Source: Octopus bimaculoides
Taxonomy: Eukaryota
DNA: 64,000 nucleotides
Direction of reading: 5' to 3'
Assembly (NCBI RefSeq): GCF_001194135.2
Contig: NC_068990.1
Coordinates: 80,330,791-80,394,790, forward strand
The position numbers were made by a program, and so were the translations under genes. The notes beneath the pieces were generated by a model, which saw only the letters and a list, made by a program, of their open reading frames with translations, did not search any database and was not told where the DNA came from. This document shows, one piece after another, positions 38,801 through 53,760 of this stretch (positions within the stretch are counted from its first letter, which is position 1; the number at the start of each line of letters is the position of its first letter).

Positions 38801-39642
38801 AGGGTGCGATAGGTAAATTGCGGCCATTCTATATTTTTAATCTCACGCATGCCCATTGTTTATTTTTGATTTTGTCATCTACTCAGAATAGTAGAGTCAG
38901 TTGAGCACCGTCTTTAAGGAAAATAGCACCATGACGCAATTCTGCCTGCCAGAAATTTGGAAACGATATACTGTACTGCTCGGAATTCATGCCGAAGCTC
39001 CAAAACGAATATTTTCAGTTTGTTTGGGTATCGATCTGAGGACAGTGCAATCAGAACAGATGTTCTGAGAGTGATAAAAATCAAACACCCAGTAAAATAT
39101 CATGGTGCGTGGTATGATCATTAGTGATGCCGACCTTATAGCTCCATTCATGTTTCAATACAGCCCCAGACTCAACACGGATGCCTATATCGAATGCTTA
39201 GAGTAGGTAGTGCTGCTCTGCGCCAAGAGGGTTGTTGCTGGGAGACACCTCTGCTTGGCAACAGGACACTGTACCTTGCCACACAAGCAGGAGAATCCAG
39301 TCATGGCTGTCAGACAATTTCTACGATAACACCACCCCTAACATCTGTCCACGTGACTCTCCAGACTGCAGCCCTCTTGTTTATTACGCGTGTAGTGCAG
39401 CTGAGTGAAAAACCAAGATAAGCTGAAGGCAAGGATTATGGCAGCGTTCACCAACTTAAACACGCAGACCGTCCAGAAGAGTTGCAGGAGTTTCCAAAGT
39501 CTTGTTGAGGCCGGGATCAAAGCCAATGCTGACTTTATTGAATAAATTTACTCTTTAGTATTTCAAGATATCATTATGCAATTTTGGTAAATATATCTGT
39601 CAAATTGCGTAATTTAGACGACAGTTTATCCACCGCACCCTG
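38800..39642 (+). mobile_element. Internally deleted maT (DD37D) Tc1/mariner-superfamily element
   Basis: TIRs AGGGTGCGATAGGTAAATTG and CAGTTTATCCACCGCACCCTG. ATG at 38931 (MTQFCLPEIWKR). WQQD...SPDCSPL(V)YY has 37 residues between D2 and the mutated D3. C-terminus is ...IKANADFIE*. Confidence 0.9.
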
Positions 39643-39677
39643 CCTATACATATATATGCGCGTGTGTGTGTGTGCGT

Positions 39678-39762
<85 letters not shown>

Positions 39763-39825
39763 CATACATATATCCACATATACATACACATATATTTATA
39801 TACATATATACATATACACACACAC

Positions 39826-39859
<34 letters not shown>

Positions 39860-39870
39860 GCTTATCTGTG

Positions 39871-39906
<36 letters not shown>

Positions 39907-41336
39907 CACATACATATGCTTGCACATACACACAAACACAGACACACACACAGACCCACACACCAATATGTACATAGTTACTTGCCTCCCTTCCATTGAA
40001 TTGGTCTCCTTCGAAACGAAACGCCAATTAATCTACTCACCATTTTCAGTCCGTCAGCTGATAGCCATATGCAAGGAGCGAGATTGCTCTCTTAATTCAC
40101 TTTTTTTTTTCTTTCTTAAACCAGTTCTTCCTGATCTCTTTTCATCTTCTTCTACTATCTTTAGAAGAACAATGTCTGAAATGTTATAGTCAGCATCTTA
40201 GTTTACACTTTCTCTCAGATGTCTTTTGTTCTTCGCAATATCGATGCATACACCAACGCGCACATACATGTGTGTCTGTGTATATACACACACGCACACG
40301 CATACATACATACCCGCATAAATACATGCATAAATACCTACCTACATATATATATATATATATATATANNNNNNNNNNNNNNNNNNNNNNNNNNNNNNNN
40401 NNNNNNNNNNNNNNNNNNNNNNNNNNNNNNNNNNNNNNNNNNNNNNNNNNNNNNNNNNNNNNNNNNNNNNNNNNNNNNNNNNNNNNNNNNNNNNNNNNNN
40501 NNNNNNNNNNNNNNNNNNNNNNNNNNNNNNNNNNNNNNNNNNNNNNNNNNNNNNNNNNNNNNNNNNNNNNNNNNNNNNNNNNNNNNNNNNNNNNNNNNNN
40601 NNNNNNNNNNNNNNNNNNNNNNNNNNNNNNNNNNNNNNNNNNNNNNNNNNNNNNNNNNNNNNNNNNNNNNNNNNNNNNNNNNNNNNNNNNNNNNNNNNNN
40701 NNNNNNNNNNNNNNNNNNNNNNNNNNNNNNNNNNNNNNNNNNNNNNNNNNNNNNNNNNNNNNNNNNNNNNNNNNNNNNNNNNNNNNNNNNNNNNNNNNNN
40801 ATATATATATATATATATAAATATATATATATATATTCTTGAATATATTTAAAATATTGATGTTGGTCAAATGGAATGGAGAACTTTTTTCGAAGTTCCT
40901 ATATAAAGGTGGAGAAAATATTCAAATTTTCCACGGAAATGGAATGAATGAATGAAATAAACACAAATAGACTGTAATAAAATAGAATATATACGTTATT
41001 ACGCTTCGAAATTTATCGTCTTATGCTTCAGAATGCCTAATCGTTTAATGTAGGGGTAAAACATTCCCAGCATTAGACGAACATTTCTCAAATCTAATAA
41101 CGTATTTAGTTTATTTTTCTTTTTTATTTTATTTCATCTTATTATTTTTTTTTGTACTTCATTCCACTTAATTATATTTCCTTGGAAATTTTAAAGAGTT
41201 TCTGTGCCTGTATATAAGTAAACAAAGGAACGATTCCTCCTTTAATTTTGATTGGCATTATCATTATTATTATCATTATTATTATTATTATTATTATTAC
41301 CAATATACCTTTCTACACCTTATCAAAATGTCTCCT

Positions 41337-41431
<95 letters not shown>

Positions 41432-41794
41432 CTGCATCTCTATATACGTCCTACAATAAATTTATGGCCAGAATAATAAAACGCAACGCTAACCTAACTT
41501 CTAATATCTTCTTGGATCAGTAACCTAAATAATTGATAATATTAATGTTACTCTCTAGATAATATCTTGACTTTCACCCGATTAAACAAAGATATTAGAT
41601 TATCAATGAAAGACTAATCAATGTTTATCTACGTATTAGCCAATGATTCTTTCATTTCTGAAAAGTCTACGGTCTCGCTCGCAATTTTCCATCAAGATTA
41701 TCTCATATTTGTACTACAGGGTTACGTTTCTGAGCATCCCATTTCAGAGATACGATTCCATGAGGCTAAAGTCTGTGATCGTTTTGGATAAGAC

Positions 41795-42133
41795 TGGTTT
41801 ACTCGTCAATGTCTACATTGTAAAAGATGAATATTTGACAGTAATATATTATTGAATTTAAATTACACAACAAAAATAGCTACCTTGAGGTACACGCCTC
41901 CCATGTTGTCCCTATGTTATAACTCCTCTCGGTTGTGTGTATTCATTACAGAAAATCTTTCTCCATGGGGTTAAAGACCCTAACCCATTTGCAAAAGTGT
42001 GGTTTTCTCGTCAACACATTCATTGTAAAAGATGAATATTTGACAGTATTTTATTATTGCATTTAAATTATACAACAAAAATAGGTACTCTAAGGTACAT
42101 GTCTATCATGTTGTCCCTACGTTATAACTCCTC
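41795..42133 (+). repeat. Diverged direct duplication of ~134 bp (offset 205 bp)
   Basis: 41795-41928 and 42000-42133 share CATTGTAAAAGATGAATATTTGACAGTA, CAACAAAAATAG, CATGTTGTCCCTA and GTTATAACTCCTC. Confidence 0.9.
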
Positions 42134-42893
42134 CCGTCCATCTCTATATTAGTTAATTCTGTTTAATTTTCGAATCATTTTGTTCTTTCTGGTAAATCTT
42201 TGTAAATATGCAGACAATTTCCAATACTGCTCTTGCAGAATGTGGCTGTTTAACCATGGAATTTACCACTCATCTACCTGTTCCCTTTCCCTTGCAAACG
42301 TTTACTACAACCTCTTTCTCTCTCGACAATTTTCCCCTAGAATATGCTATGCATTGTTTCAGGATTAATATTGTAACTTTGAAATAATTTTCCATTAGAT
42401 TTCTCTCACTTGTAGTTAGTGCTTTGTCGAAGTAGAATTTAAAAGCAGAATATACAGAATACATACATACAGATGCACACACATACGAAAATATATACAT
42501 ATGCATACACACACATATATACATACACACATGCATACATACATACATATATACATACATACATATATACATACATGCATGCATACATGCATACATACAT
42601 ACATGCATGCATAGGTATACAAACACTCACCCCTACACATGCGCACAAATAACAAACAAGGAACGCAGTGTAAATAACGAATAGAGTCAAGACTATTGAA
42701 AAGGTTGCAAGACGCAACGAAAATTCTAGGAAAATGAAAATAAGAAATGAGTGGAAATTTTACCGGTGAATGTGTTGAATAATAAGGCACAAAAAGAAAC
42801 TGCTTCTCCCGAGACACAACAGAATATGCTTCAACACATGAGCTCACATTAAGAACCTTGCAAACCGAATCCCAAAACGAAAAATAAATATAT

Positions 42894-42968
<75 letters not shown>

Positions 42969-43805
42969 CACACACACACACACACACTAAAATACAAGGC
43001 ATCCACAATTTATTTAAAGGATATTTTGGGGCTTATGAACCTTACATATTTTCTAGCTTATATATGTTGTTTGCTGAATTAAACTTTGTTTGAAATGTGT
43101 GAAACCTGCTCCTGGGTTATATGTTTTATCACCTTTCTAATCCATTTATATATGTATATATGTCCTTACCTCATAGCGTTTTTATATCTCCTTCATTCTG
43201 GGAAGATATAAAATTTTTGTATATCTTTCAAAATTGAAATTAAATTATGTGGCTTTGAATCGTGATTCTAAAACATTTCACTTACATGCAAAAGGTTTGT
43301 AGCAAAATTAGCGAATAAATAAATAAAGGAAAAAAATGAGAGATAAAACATAAAAAGTAAATTATGATACATAATTTTCATAGCAACAACGTCTAATTTA
43401 TGTTTCAATACTTTATATCTTGTTTAATATTTCCTCATACTTCCACGTTGCTGCAATTAATATAAAAAGCAAGTCATATTAAAATTTAATATGCAAACTG
43501 ATGTAAAATAGTTGTCATTGTTAATTGTATAAAATAATAAATATATACATAGTTAGGTGGAAACGTTTTGAACGGAGCTTAATTATTTGAAGCAAATGAA
43601 TCCCTATTTTCAAATTTGCTCCGGTAAAATTCGTTTAAGCACATATATATATTGGATTATTTCGCAGCAGAATTATTATAACGGCGGAAATCATGTGAAT
43701 GCGTTACTTTCTCTGTGTATGTGTGTGCGCTTGATTATTGCTAATTCATGTTATCTATGTATCTATCTATTTGTCTATATATGTATGTACATATGTTCTG
43801 TATGT

Positions 43806-43837
<32 letters not shown>

Positions 43838-44711
43838 ACACAGACACACAAAGACACACACACACTCACACACGCACACACACACATATACATATGTGTT
43901 GTATGTATATATGTATGTATGAGTGTATGGTTATATACATATGACTGTAGAAACATGCATAATTATGTCCAGTTATGGGCTTTATATAACTATATATTCT
44001 GATTAGACATATATCTATATATCGGCATTACCGATTGAAAGGGCTCCACAAACTTTGCCTATGAGCCTGTTTAACTAGTCTAATACTTTTTACTTAGTGT
44101 TTTGAAGCAAGAATACATTTCTTTTCAAAACAAAGCAGCAAGTATGTTGGTTTCCACAATTTGATACAAAATTCAACGAAGAGAATTCCTGATTGTTAGT
44201 ATTATGAATAAAAGATTAAATTATAAGAGCCAGTTAAGGAGATAGATCGTCTGTCAAAGAGTACATCTTTTTGGGACACCCTGTATATGTATACGTGCAT
44301 ATGCACACATATATGCACACATACACGCGTATATATTATTCAAAAGGGTACTGTGTCACTGTGTAATATAAGATAACAACCTGAACGTACAAAGAGCAAC
44401 AGGCATTTCCGTTTCATAAGTCATGTACACCAAATGATTTATAGTTTCAGCAGTTAGAATTGTACAACTTCCCTTAGCCCACGCCAGCAAACCTGGTTAT
44501 TGTGGTTAAGATATGATCAGTTGAATTTGTGGAAAGTTAAATATTTAGCGGTGTTATATGTAAAAGCAAGAAAGATGAGAAAACTAAACAAGGAAAGCAG
44601 ATAAATAGTCAAGCCAAAACCGCAAATACACGGTCCACGAAAGCGCAACAAAACAATATTGTTACACGTATTGGCTAGAACAAAAACAATAAACGAAAGA
44701 TAAAGGAGCAT

Positions 44712-44768
<57 letters not shown>

Positions 44769-45039
44769 ATATCATATGGTATATATCTTATTTAAATTAA
44801 TGCCAAGTAAACCAAATGTTGAGTATTCGATGCGAAAGGAGAAAGGAATGCGGCAATTTTAAAACTGAACGTAAGTTAAAGGCGAACGAATGGGTATAGC
44901 AAGTTGGAAACAGAAGGACTGGAGCCCTTAAGCAAAACACTGTGGGGCAGCGAGGAGTGATAACTGAACGGAAATCGGCAGAAAGTTCACGCTGAAGAAG
45001 GAAAGTGACAAGAAGCATATGAGGACGAGCGGAAGTGTA

Positions 45040-45052
45040 AAAGAGAGAGAGA

Positions 45053-45146
<94 letters not shown>

Positions 45147-45190
45147 GAGAGAGAGAGAGAAAGAGAGAGAGTGAGAGAGAAAGAAAGAGA

Positions 45191-45222
<32 letters not shown>

Positions 45223-45225
45223 TGC
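45040..45225. repeat. (GA)n microsatellite
   Basis: Directly visible. It is representative of dozens of (CA)n, (TA)n, (GA)n, (TCTA)n and (TACA)n arrays across the window. Confidence 0.97.
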
Positions 45226-45444
45226 AGGGGGGCAATAATGTTGTGGTGGAAGAGAATGTGAGAGAGAAAGATGGAGAGAAAAGGTAAATATAATGTAAGA
45301 AATTAACAAAATAACGATGGGTAAAGATATTTGTGCGTCGCTATGGAGATACACTAGCACAGAGACTTTTCCTTTCAAAGGCTATTCGAAGAGCAAATAT
45401 GCAGTTTCGGTGATAAAGATACATACACACATACTTGCACAAAC

Positions 45445-45520
<76 letters not shown>

Positions 45521-45757
45521 NNNNNNNNNNNNNNNNNNNNNNNNNNNNNNNNNNNNNNNNNNNNNNNNNNNNNNNNNNNNNNNNNNNNNNNNNNNNNNNN
45601 NNNNNNNNNNNNNNNNNNNNNNNNNNNNNNNNNNNNNNNNNNNNNNNNNNNNNNNNNNNNNNNNNNNNNNNNNNNNNNNNNNNNNNNNNNNNNNNNNNNN
45701 NNNNNNNNNNNNNNNNNNNNNNNNNNNNNNNNNNNNNNNNNNNNNNNNNNNNNNNNN

Positions 45758-45792
<35 letters not shown>

Positions 45793-46480
45793 TATAGACA
45801 TACAGACACCACACACATGTGTACGTGTGCTTGCTCGCGTGTATGTTTGAGCATTTCCATGGTTGCATATTTCGTCTTTACGCAATCATATCGTTGGAAA
45901 TTTATTCCGATATCAATTTATTGAAGAAGAAAATATTAGTAAATTGGTATGAAGCTGCATTGTGTGGTGTGTAGTAAACACATATTTAGACGACTTGTTA
46001 ACTATTTTTCAAACTATAGCGTTCTACTTTCTCGATATGATGCTATACTAATAAACACATATGCGAGTTGCAGAATTCACACTGTGCACCATTCAACAGT
46101 ATAATTCTAAGCTTTTAGCCTAATGAAATCACACTATATGGTATCAGTAGTGATGCTTTTATTTATTTACCTATATGTTAAGAGGTAGAAAGAAAGTAAA
46201 CCATAAAGGAACAAGCATGATATATTCGCAAGAGAGAGAGAGTGATAGAATGATGTAGAGAGGAACACAAAGAAAGAAAGGAAAGAAGGAATAAATGAAA
46301 ACAAGTATACAGGAGTATATCTAGCTTTAGAGAACTATATTAAAGTATTTTAAATATTAAACTATGAAATAACTTTGTCATACTTCTCCCTTTAACTCTC
46401 TGTTCACACGTACACACATGCACATACATGATGACATAAACACTTTAATAAAACTATGACAAGTTACATGTGTGTGTGTA

Positions 46481-46577
<97 letters not shown>

Positions 46578-46849
46578 GCATAGGTTTTATATAAGTTTAA
46601 AATTATGTTTATGTTACCTATATGGATTATATCAAGCTGTGTGGTGTCACACGTAATTAAGCACCTTTACATTCGTATCGAAATAACTTCACATTCTGTA
46701 CGAAACGGAATGTATCCATTATAAGGTTTCTAAACCAGTCAGGCACAGCTTTTAATTCAGATCTGCCGTGACTAGTTATAGACAATTTCTAGCATCCCTT
46801 CCCATCAATTTTGATCTCAGAATATTGTTTCATCAACATTGACACACGT

Positions 46850-46955
<106 letters not shown>

Positions 46956-47642
46956 GAATATATACACAGAAACACGTAAACATTATTTAATTAAAACATG
47001 TCATGAATATGTCAGTCTCTAGTTTTGTAGAGAACTGATGAACTATTATTATGATCAATAAATGAACAGACCAATTGCACGAGTTAAGGGCTGTTTACTA
47101 TTCAGCATGATAATTTAAAGGCTTTTTTTAATTTTAAAATGTTTCAGCTGCAAAGTATAATCCTGACTCTATTTCGTAGAATGCATATCAATGCAGTCGC
47201 AAATTTGCACTGTTATCCAGTGCTATATTATAATTATTGAGCAAATTTTGAGAATTTGCGTATTTTTTTGTAATATTGCTCTTCCATTGACCACTTTTAT
47301 TAACATTCTGTCCACAAGTACACGCACCTTTCAATTTGTTTTCATGAATAAAAATGTGTATAATCTTTTTAAACATGCCACTCTTTTTCAAGGCTTAAAT
47401 AAAAACTCTTAAACTGAAAGGAATTATGTCTTGTTGAACCTCCAACGCAGTTAATACCTTATCGTAAGAAGACAACAGAACAACAGGCTGCTATTTCTAC
47501 GGGAAAATTTCGACGATATTATTGCACTCAATCGCCAGCCCACAATTTATTTGGTTTCACATGTAATATAAAGACTCGCTTGTTAAAGATCCTTCTATGA
47601 ACCAGTAGACGCTTCTATTCTCTATGCGTCAGTTGACTCTAT

Positions 47643-49074
47643 AACTTCAATTATTACAAAAGAAACATAACTCTGTTATCACTAGTCAGCAAAACACATT
47701 CGATTCTGAAGTATTTCAAAATCAAATCAATTGATATAATAATTCTATCGTTCGGTGAAAATTTATAAATTTGTTTTCTTTAATCACTAAAGATGACGGC
47801 TATCAATGAGACTAAGTCGATAAATATTCATAGGTAAATAGACATTAGAATTTCAGAAGCAGACACCGTATTCACAGCAAGTTCAATTTCTGCAAATTTC
47901 TCAAGAGAAATTATGTATCAACGAATACTTTATCACATTTAACATTTCATTATTGATGCTAAATACTTGATATTACAAGACTGACATTCCTTTAAATCTT
48001 CGAAGATACGTTGTTAATAGCCAAGTGAAAATGAAGATGCTAGTGAAGACTAATTGAACGTTTCACGGACGAGACAGTCTGTTGCGTGCGCAGGTCGTAG
48101 CCAAATAGTTAACGAAAATAACGTGACAAAGCTTTTGGCTGTCTGCTGCCGTCCCATTTTACACTCGGAAATAGAATAAATCTTAGCCAGCTGGCAAAAA
48201 TACTTAAAGAGAGAGTGAGAGAAAGAGAGACAGAGAGAGAGAGACTGAGAGAGACTGAGAGGGAGAGAGGGAGAAGGGTGATGGAGGGGAGAGGTAGAGA
48301 GGTATGTATATATACAATACACACAAATATGCACGTATATGTTTGTGTTTATGCGTCTTTATTAGTGGATAGGACGGTGCTCAGGTTTTTAACATTTTAC
48401 ACAGGAATATTCCTATTTCTCTATCACTACGTTATGTATCGTTTCGAACAATAAGGTTAGCAGGCCTACAAAAGGTTTCTAGACCTTTCAATGGTCTTGT
48501 ATTTGTGAATTTGCTTTCATGTAACAGTTATTTTTCTGTTTCCTAATTCAGAATACAAATACAGGCATGCTTTGATCTAGGTATGTTGGTACAAATGTTA
48601 CTGCTTCAACGAATACTAATGTAAAAGCCGATAGTATATTTTCACGTGATGCGTTTTTAAGCTGCTTCTCTAGAGATGCATGGCTACCTTGTTTACACTG
48701 AGATATTTCCTCCAATGGTCATTAATGTTTTTTTATAAAAGAATATAGTATTTTGTATTTGTTATTCCAAATAGGTCGGTTGCATTATATTTTGATTATT
48801 GTTTTTAAATATAAAATTTACCAGAATACTCTTTTTTATTTGTTAGTGTCGACACTAAGTTTTGTATTAATTTTGTTGCTATTATTCCAGATTATTCTCA
48901 AAAATTTCAATTATACTGACAGAAACATAATTTTGTTATCCGTAGTCAGCAAAGCATATTGAATTTTGAACTACTTGAAAATCAAATCATAGCTTAATAT
49001 GCAGAACCAGATTAAATAATTGTTTCGTACAGTAGAAAATTATAAATTTGTGTTTCTTAATCAACAAAAAATGA
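47643..49074 (+). repeat. Pair of diverged ~150-170 bp direct repeats (47643-47796 and 48902-49074)
   Basis: Shared TTCAATTAT..AGAAACATAA.T.TGTTATC..TAGTCAGCAAA..AAAATCAAATCA..TTATAAATTTG..CTTTAATCA. Confidence 0.75.
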
Positions 49075-49632
49075 ATATTAATGAAAGTACAGAGTCGTCG
49101 GAATTGTGAAGGTAACTAGACAATGAAATTACAGAACCATGCACTATACATACGTAACATACCTTAAAAATAAGTACTTTTAGAAAGCATTCTCTCAAAG
49201 CAAGTACATATTTCTGTACGCTTAATTTCGTCACATTGATTTTAGAATACAATTGACATATATAGTTGTTTAAAACCCGATTTAACACTTAGGTTTGACT
49301 GATATTTATTTTACCGAACAGGGAAGGATGCTAAGCTACATAAGCGTGAACAGAATTTGAATTCGGAGTTGAAAGATATATAACTAAATACGATTTGGTA
49401 TTTTTTGCTCAAATCACGACCGATGTTGTCAAGTCGTTATTCTTGATAGTCTTAAATATATTGCTAGAATTATTTTAAAAATGTAAGAGAGTCGAAAAAA
49501 ATGTCTGACCCGAGTGATTTTAATCTCATACATGAAATAAATAAATCAGAAAAGAATACAGTAAGGTAGATATTTCTCAATGGGAATTGTTCATGACATT
49601 CTACAGAGACCTGTTCTGACTGTTCGCTGCAG

Positions 49633-49749
49633 AAACAAACTTGGTATTAAACATGATGACGTATTTCGTCCTCTACGCAGCAGAGAAACGATCTCTGAAT
49701 AATTTGTTTACAAACGTCAATTACAACACCTTGGCCAAGTTAGGAGTTG
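49633..49749 (+). CDS. Weak candidate exon (phase 1 to 1), TNLVLNMMTYFVLYAAEKRSLNNLFTNVNYNTLAKLGV
   Basis: Acceptor ttcgctgcag|, donor G|gtacaa (weak), and an open frame of 38 codons. Confidence 0.25.
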
Positions 49750-50309
49750 GTACAATACACTTGCACAGCATTCATTGTAGTGCCTTGCACTCGAAATAAC
49801 TTAATTGTGGAGAGGGCTTCTTTATACACAACTCTAGCAGTTTTTCCCATTGAACGCTTTAAGAACAATAACATCTCTCTCTCCCTTTCTCCTTTACACT
49901 GTCTCTCCATCCATCGGCCTTCCCTTCTCTCTCATGGATGTAATTGTGGTCATTGCATAGATTTCTAAATAGATAATCTATTTTCTTCATATCTGTCGAG
50001 GCTTTGGTGCCTATTGAAGTTTCCTACTGACATGTTTCATATGAATAGTAAACTGAATGGACAAACTCTGATGTGGGTGCAGCAGCTGCAGCAAGATATA
50101 CACATATAATAGTTTTTATTATCGCGAAGTTGAGGAGATTAACGCAATAATTTCAACATCATATCACCTATTGTTAACACTATTAAGAGAATTTGAATCA
50201 GAAATACTATTACTAGGATTACACAGTTTGAATGTAAACAGCGTATAATCAAATTTAGTTAACGATTTCCTAAATAAGCGTCATGAAACGTTATAACGAG
50301 TGGCTGTTC

Positions 50310-50310
50310 T

Positions 50311-50387
<77 letters not shown>

Positions 50388-50399
50388 CGACTACTACTA

Positions 50400-50439
<40 letters not shown>

Positions 50440-50475
50440 CACTGCCGTTGCTGCTGCTGTTCCTGCTGCTGCTGC
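50310..50475. repeat. Compound trinucleotide microsatellite (CTA/CGA/CTG)
   Basis: Directly visible. Confidence 0.95.
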
Positions 50476-51046
50476 TGTTCATGCTATCTCTGATCAATAA
50501 GGAAAATGACAATGTTAGCAAAACTATTGTTATTATTTTAACTAAGTGAAAATTGATAATTCTTTTGTCATGGTCTGAATGTTTGCCTGATGCATGCACT
50601 GACTAACACAGATGGATTCGTGTTTTTCTTTGAGATATCAGCTGTGGAGAAGAACATAAATTTCAACACTTCTAATTGGATACTTCGGTCACATGGTAGC
50701 TGATAATTTATATTTAAATATGGACTTGTTCTACTCCATATTGAAGAAACAAAAATTAATGTATGCTTCTATATGATTATTAAATTCTAGTGTTGAATCC
50801 AGAACGACGAAAACCAACCCGTCTATGACATGACTTTACTTCAAAGCGTAAAAGAATATAGCTAAATATCTTTGGCTATTTTCCACTGTTTGCCTATCGT
50901 TGCTGATATTTCCGCTCTCATATTCGTTTAATAAGCTGCTGTTAATAGACGCCATTTGTATGATAAATGTATGATAAATGACGTCGTTACAATAATGATA
51001 GTCTGCATAGTAGACGTCATTACTGCAATAGTGATGACGTATCAGA

Positions 51047-51262
51047 AAGCGGCAAGCTAGAAGAAACGTTACCACGCCAGGCGAAACGCTTGGCGGTTTT
51101 TCGTCTGTCTTTACCTTCTCAGTTCAAATTCCGCCAAGGTCGACATTGTTTGTCATCATTTCGGAGTCGATAAACTAAGTACCAGTTGCGTACTGGGGTC
51201 GATCTAATCGACTGTCTCCCTCCCCCAAAACATCGGGCCTTGTTCATAGAGCAGAAAATAAT
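51047..51262 (+). mobile_element. SINE family A copy
   Basis: CAGTTCAAATTCCGCCAAGGTCGAC...GGAGTCGATAAACTAAGTACCAGTTGCGTACTGGGGTCGATCTAATCGACTG...CGGGCCTTG. Confidence 0.85.
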
Positions 51263-53289
51263 ATTGATGTATGAGGTTCGTCTCTTTGTCAAAAATTATG
51301 AAGCTCGATGTTTTCTGTAATTTCTGCCACATTTTTAGCAATATGTGGTCAATCATTGGTTCGCTGCATTTACGCAGGCAAGTGTAACAAAAGAGTAACT
51401 ATTAGAATATGGTTTTGTTCGAAACTATCAATGATTTGTTTTTTTTCCCCGATAACCTTTCAAATATTTGCCACTAAATAATATTCAGAAAAAAATAGCA
51501 GCATAAACAATATCAATAGAGTAAAGGTAATCTTCATGGCAGTCAAAGTAAAACGAAAATAAGAAAGATAAAGAATAGCAAAAATAACATTATTTGGGTC
51601 ATCGTAGTAGTCAAATAGCAAAACGAAAATTAAAATAAAATAAAACAGAAGATGACCCTTAAGAAGCAATAGATAATGAGTGTCAATGTGTTAAAACAAA
51701 AGAAATACAAGACAAGAAGACTTTTCAAGACCATGTCATAATTCAAATCGCTGTGTCATGCTTTTACGAATCTGACTAACTTTGATGATATATATTACCC
51801 ACAGAGCCTATGTGACGATTTCTGGCACAAATCATCTACTCCATCCTCCTATGTCATGCTTGGTGTTGCTCCTTTTAAGTGCGTATAAACCGAGCGGATT
51901 TCCACATACGGTCAGACGTTCTCTAATCAGTGACAATATTGACTACTTCTACGAAGCGAACGAACAGAGGAGACATTACAAGATCGATTGATCTGCTAGA
52001 AAAAGCGAACGAATCTGCCTCAAATTACATTCAATTATATTGAAAATGATTCACTGATATTGTGGTCCTAAGTTCCTGCAGACAGAACAACGGAAGTGAT
52101 AGACACATCTGGGTTGTCTTTCCTCATAATTCTGTTCAATAAAGCTAATCCTAGACTAAAACTATCAACAGCAAAAATCATCTCCAAATGTCAAGTAATG
52201 GCGCAGTCGCAGTTAATAAAATAAAAATAGCAATCCACTCTCTAAATTATCTGCTGAAATATCAACGAAACCTTAAATTACACTGTACTATCTTAAGCCA
52301 AGTAAAGCCACAATCGAACAATGTAGTCGCAATTGCTCATAAAAAAGAAGAGTGGTAGTAATTGGAATTTCCCTTGATCAGAATCCTGCTGGAACAGGAT
52401 GAACGAGATATCATCATCATCATCAACATCATCAAGAAGAAGAAGAAAAAGAAGAAGAAGAGGAAGAAAAAGAGCAAGAACAAGAAAAAGAGCAAGAACA
52501 AGAAAAAGAGCAAGAACAAGAAAAAGAAGAACAACAAGAAGAGGAAGACTAAAAAAAAACTACAGCAACAACGTTAATGACTTCAAATAGTCTCTTCTGG
52601 TCCCTTAATCCTAAGGGAATAAGATATTTCAGGAAGTTCACTATTAGAAGCTTATGGATTATCTCCTTAACAAAAGAGTTCTATTTGAATTAGGGTCGTT
52701 GACTGTTTGGCATCTGACATCTGCAGAGACGATCGATTTCTTTCTTTTTAGTCAAAGCATATGTTGAGCAAATTATATGAGGCATTCATACTCTCCCTAA
52801 ATGCATACCAGTACACACACACACACACACTCTCTCTCTCTCTCCCTCTCATACACACACACTCGCACACTCATACATATATACACTTACATAAGAACTT
52901 GTTCAAACAAGAATACACAAATACATGCATACGCACATTTATGGACATATATACTTAAAGAAAAATACGGCCATCTAGGCACACATACTTTACACAAGCT
53001 CGCAACCACATGCTCAAGCCCATATGTAAAGAAGTCTACATTAACGCACCGGAATATGTATGTGTTGGTGTAAGTCGCCCTGTTGGTGTTCGTATGCGTG
53101 TGTGTGTCAGTGTATGTATTTACGCATGCATGTGTGTATGCGTCACTGAAAAAAAAGAAAATGAAGAAGGGAGAATAGTTATATTGTATTTATGGTCTAT
53201 GATAAAGAATAGCTGAAGAAATGATAGGAGTAGAAAAGGATGCAGGAAAAATTAAGGAAAAAGAAGTGGAGAGGGAAAAGCAGTTTGAG

Positions 53290-53760
53290 TATTATGGGAA
53301 GTGTACAATTACCACAGGAATAGGTGTCGTCTTAATCTTCCTCAGTCTCACGATCTTTGTGGCTAAGTCCTGATAATACGCAATGTTTTTTCAATTTCTT
53401 TTCTGTCGACCCTGTTATATTGTATTGCGAAGTCTATGATTCCTATACCATTTCATTTATTTCTCTATAATCATTTATCACCACGTTGTTTCAGTAGTGT
53501 GGGCAGCCCTTCTGTGGACATCCCATAAGATTCTGCAATACTTATTTCCCTTAATCGCATCTGGACCGTGTTTATACCATGTTTGTGTTATTTCCTAATC
53601 ACAAATTTGGCTAACAAATGCACTCTTTTTCTTACAGTCATGCCTGCACTTATTCTCGTTTGCTTTCACTTAAGAGATGATTAATACGTTTGTGTCCTTT
53701 TCTACAGGTTCTGCGCTTGTTGTCTCACTGAATTTTGTCAGATTTGTTTTAATGGCTTGT
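53290..53760 (-). mobile_element. R4/Dong-like RLE domain relic
   Basis: Minus strand: INHLLS, RILWDVH, IIDFAIQYNRVDRKEIEK, YQDLATKIVRL...IPVVI. Confidence 0.8.

Noticed and set aside
48050-48157. Signal-peptide-like MGRQQTAKSFVTLFSLTIWLRPAHA on the minus strand
   Set aside because: Only 35 codons, a weak donor (gtgaaa) and no downstream partner identified.
50612-50695. Phase 1-1 exon candidate GFVFFFEISAVEKNINFNTSNWILRSH
   Set aside because: No polypyrimidine tract and a weak donor (gtagct), so plausible by chance.
51800-51990. Exon-like GC patch
   Set aside because: The minus-strand splice-bounded version has stops in all frames, and the plus frame lacks a donor.
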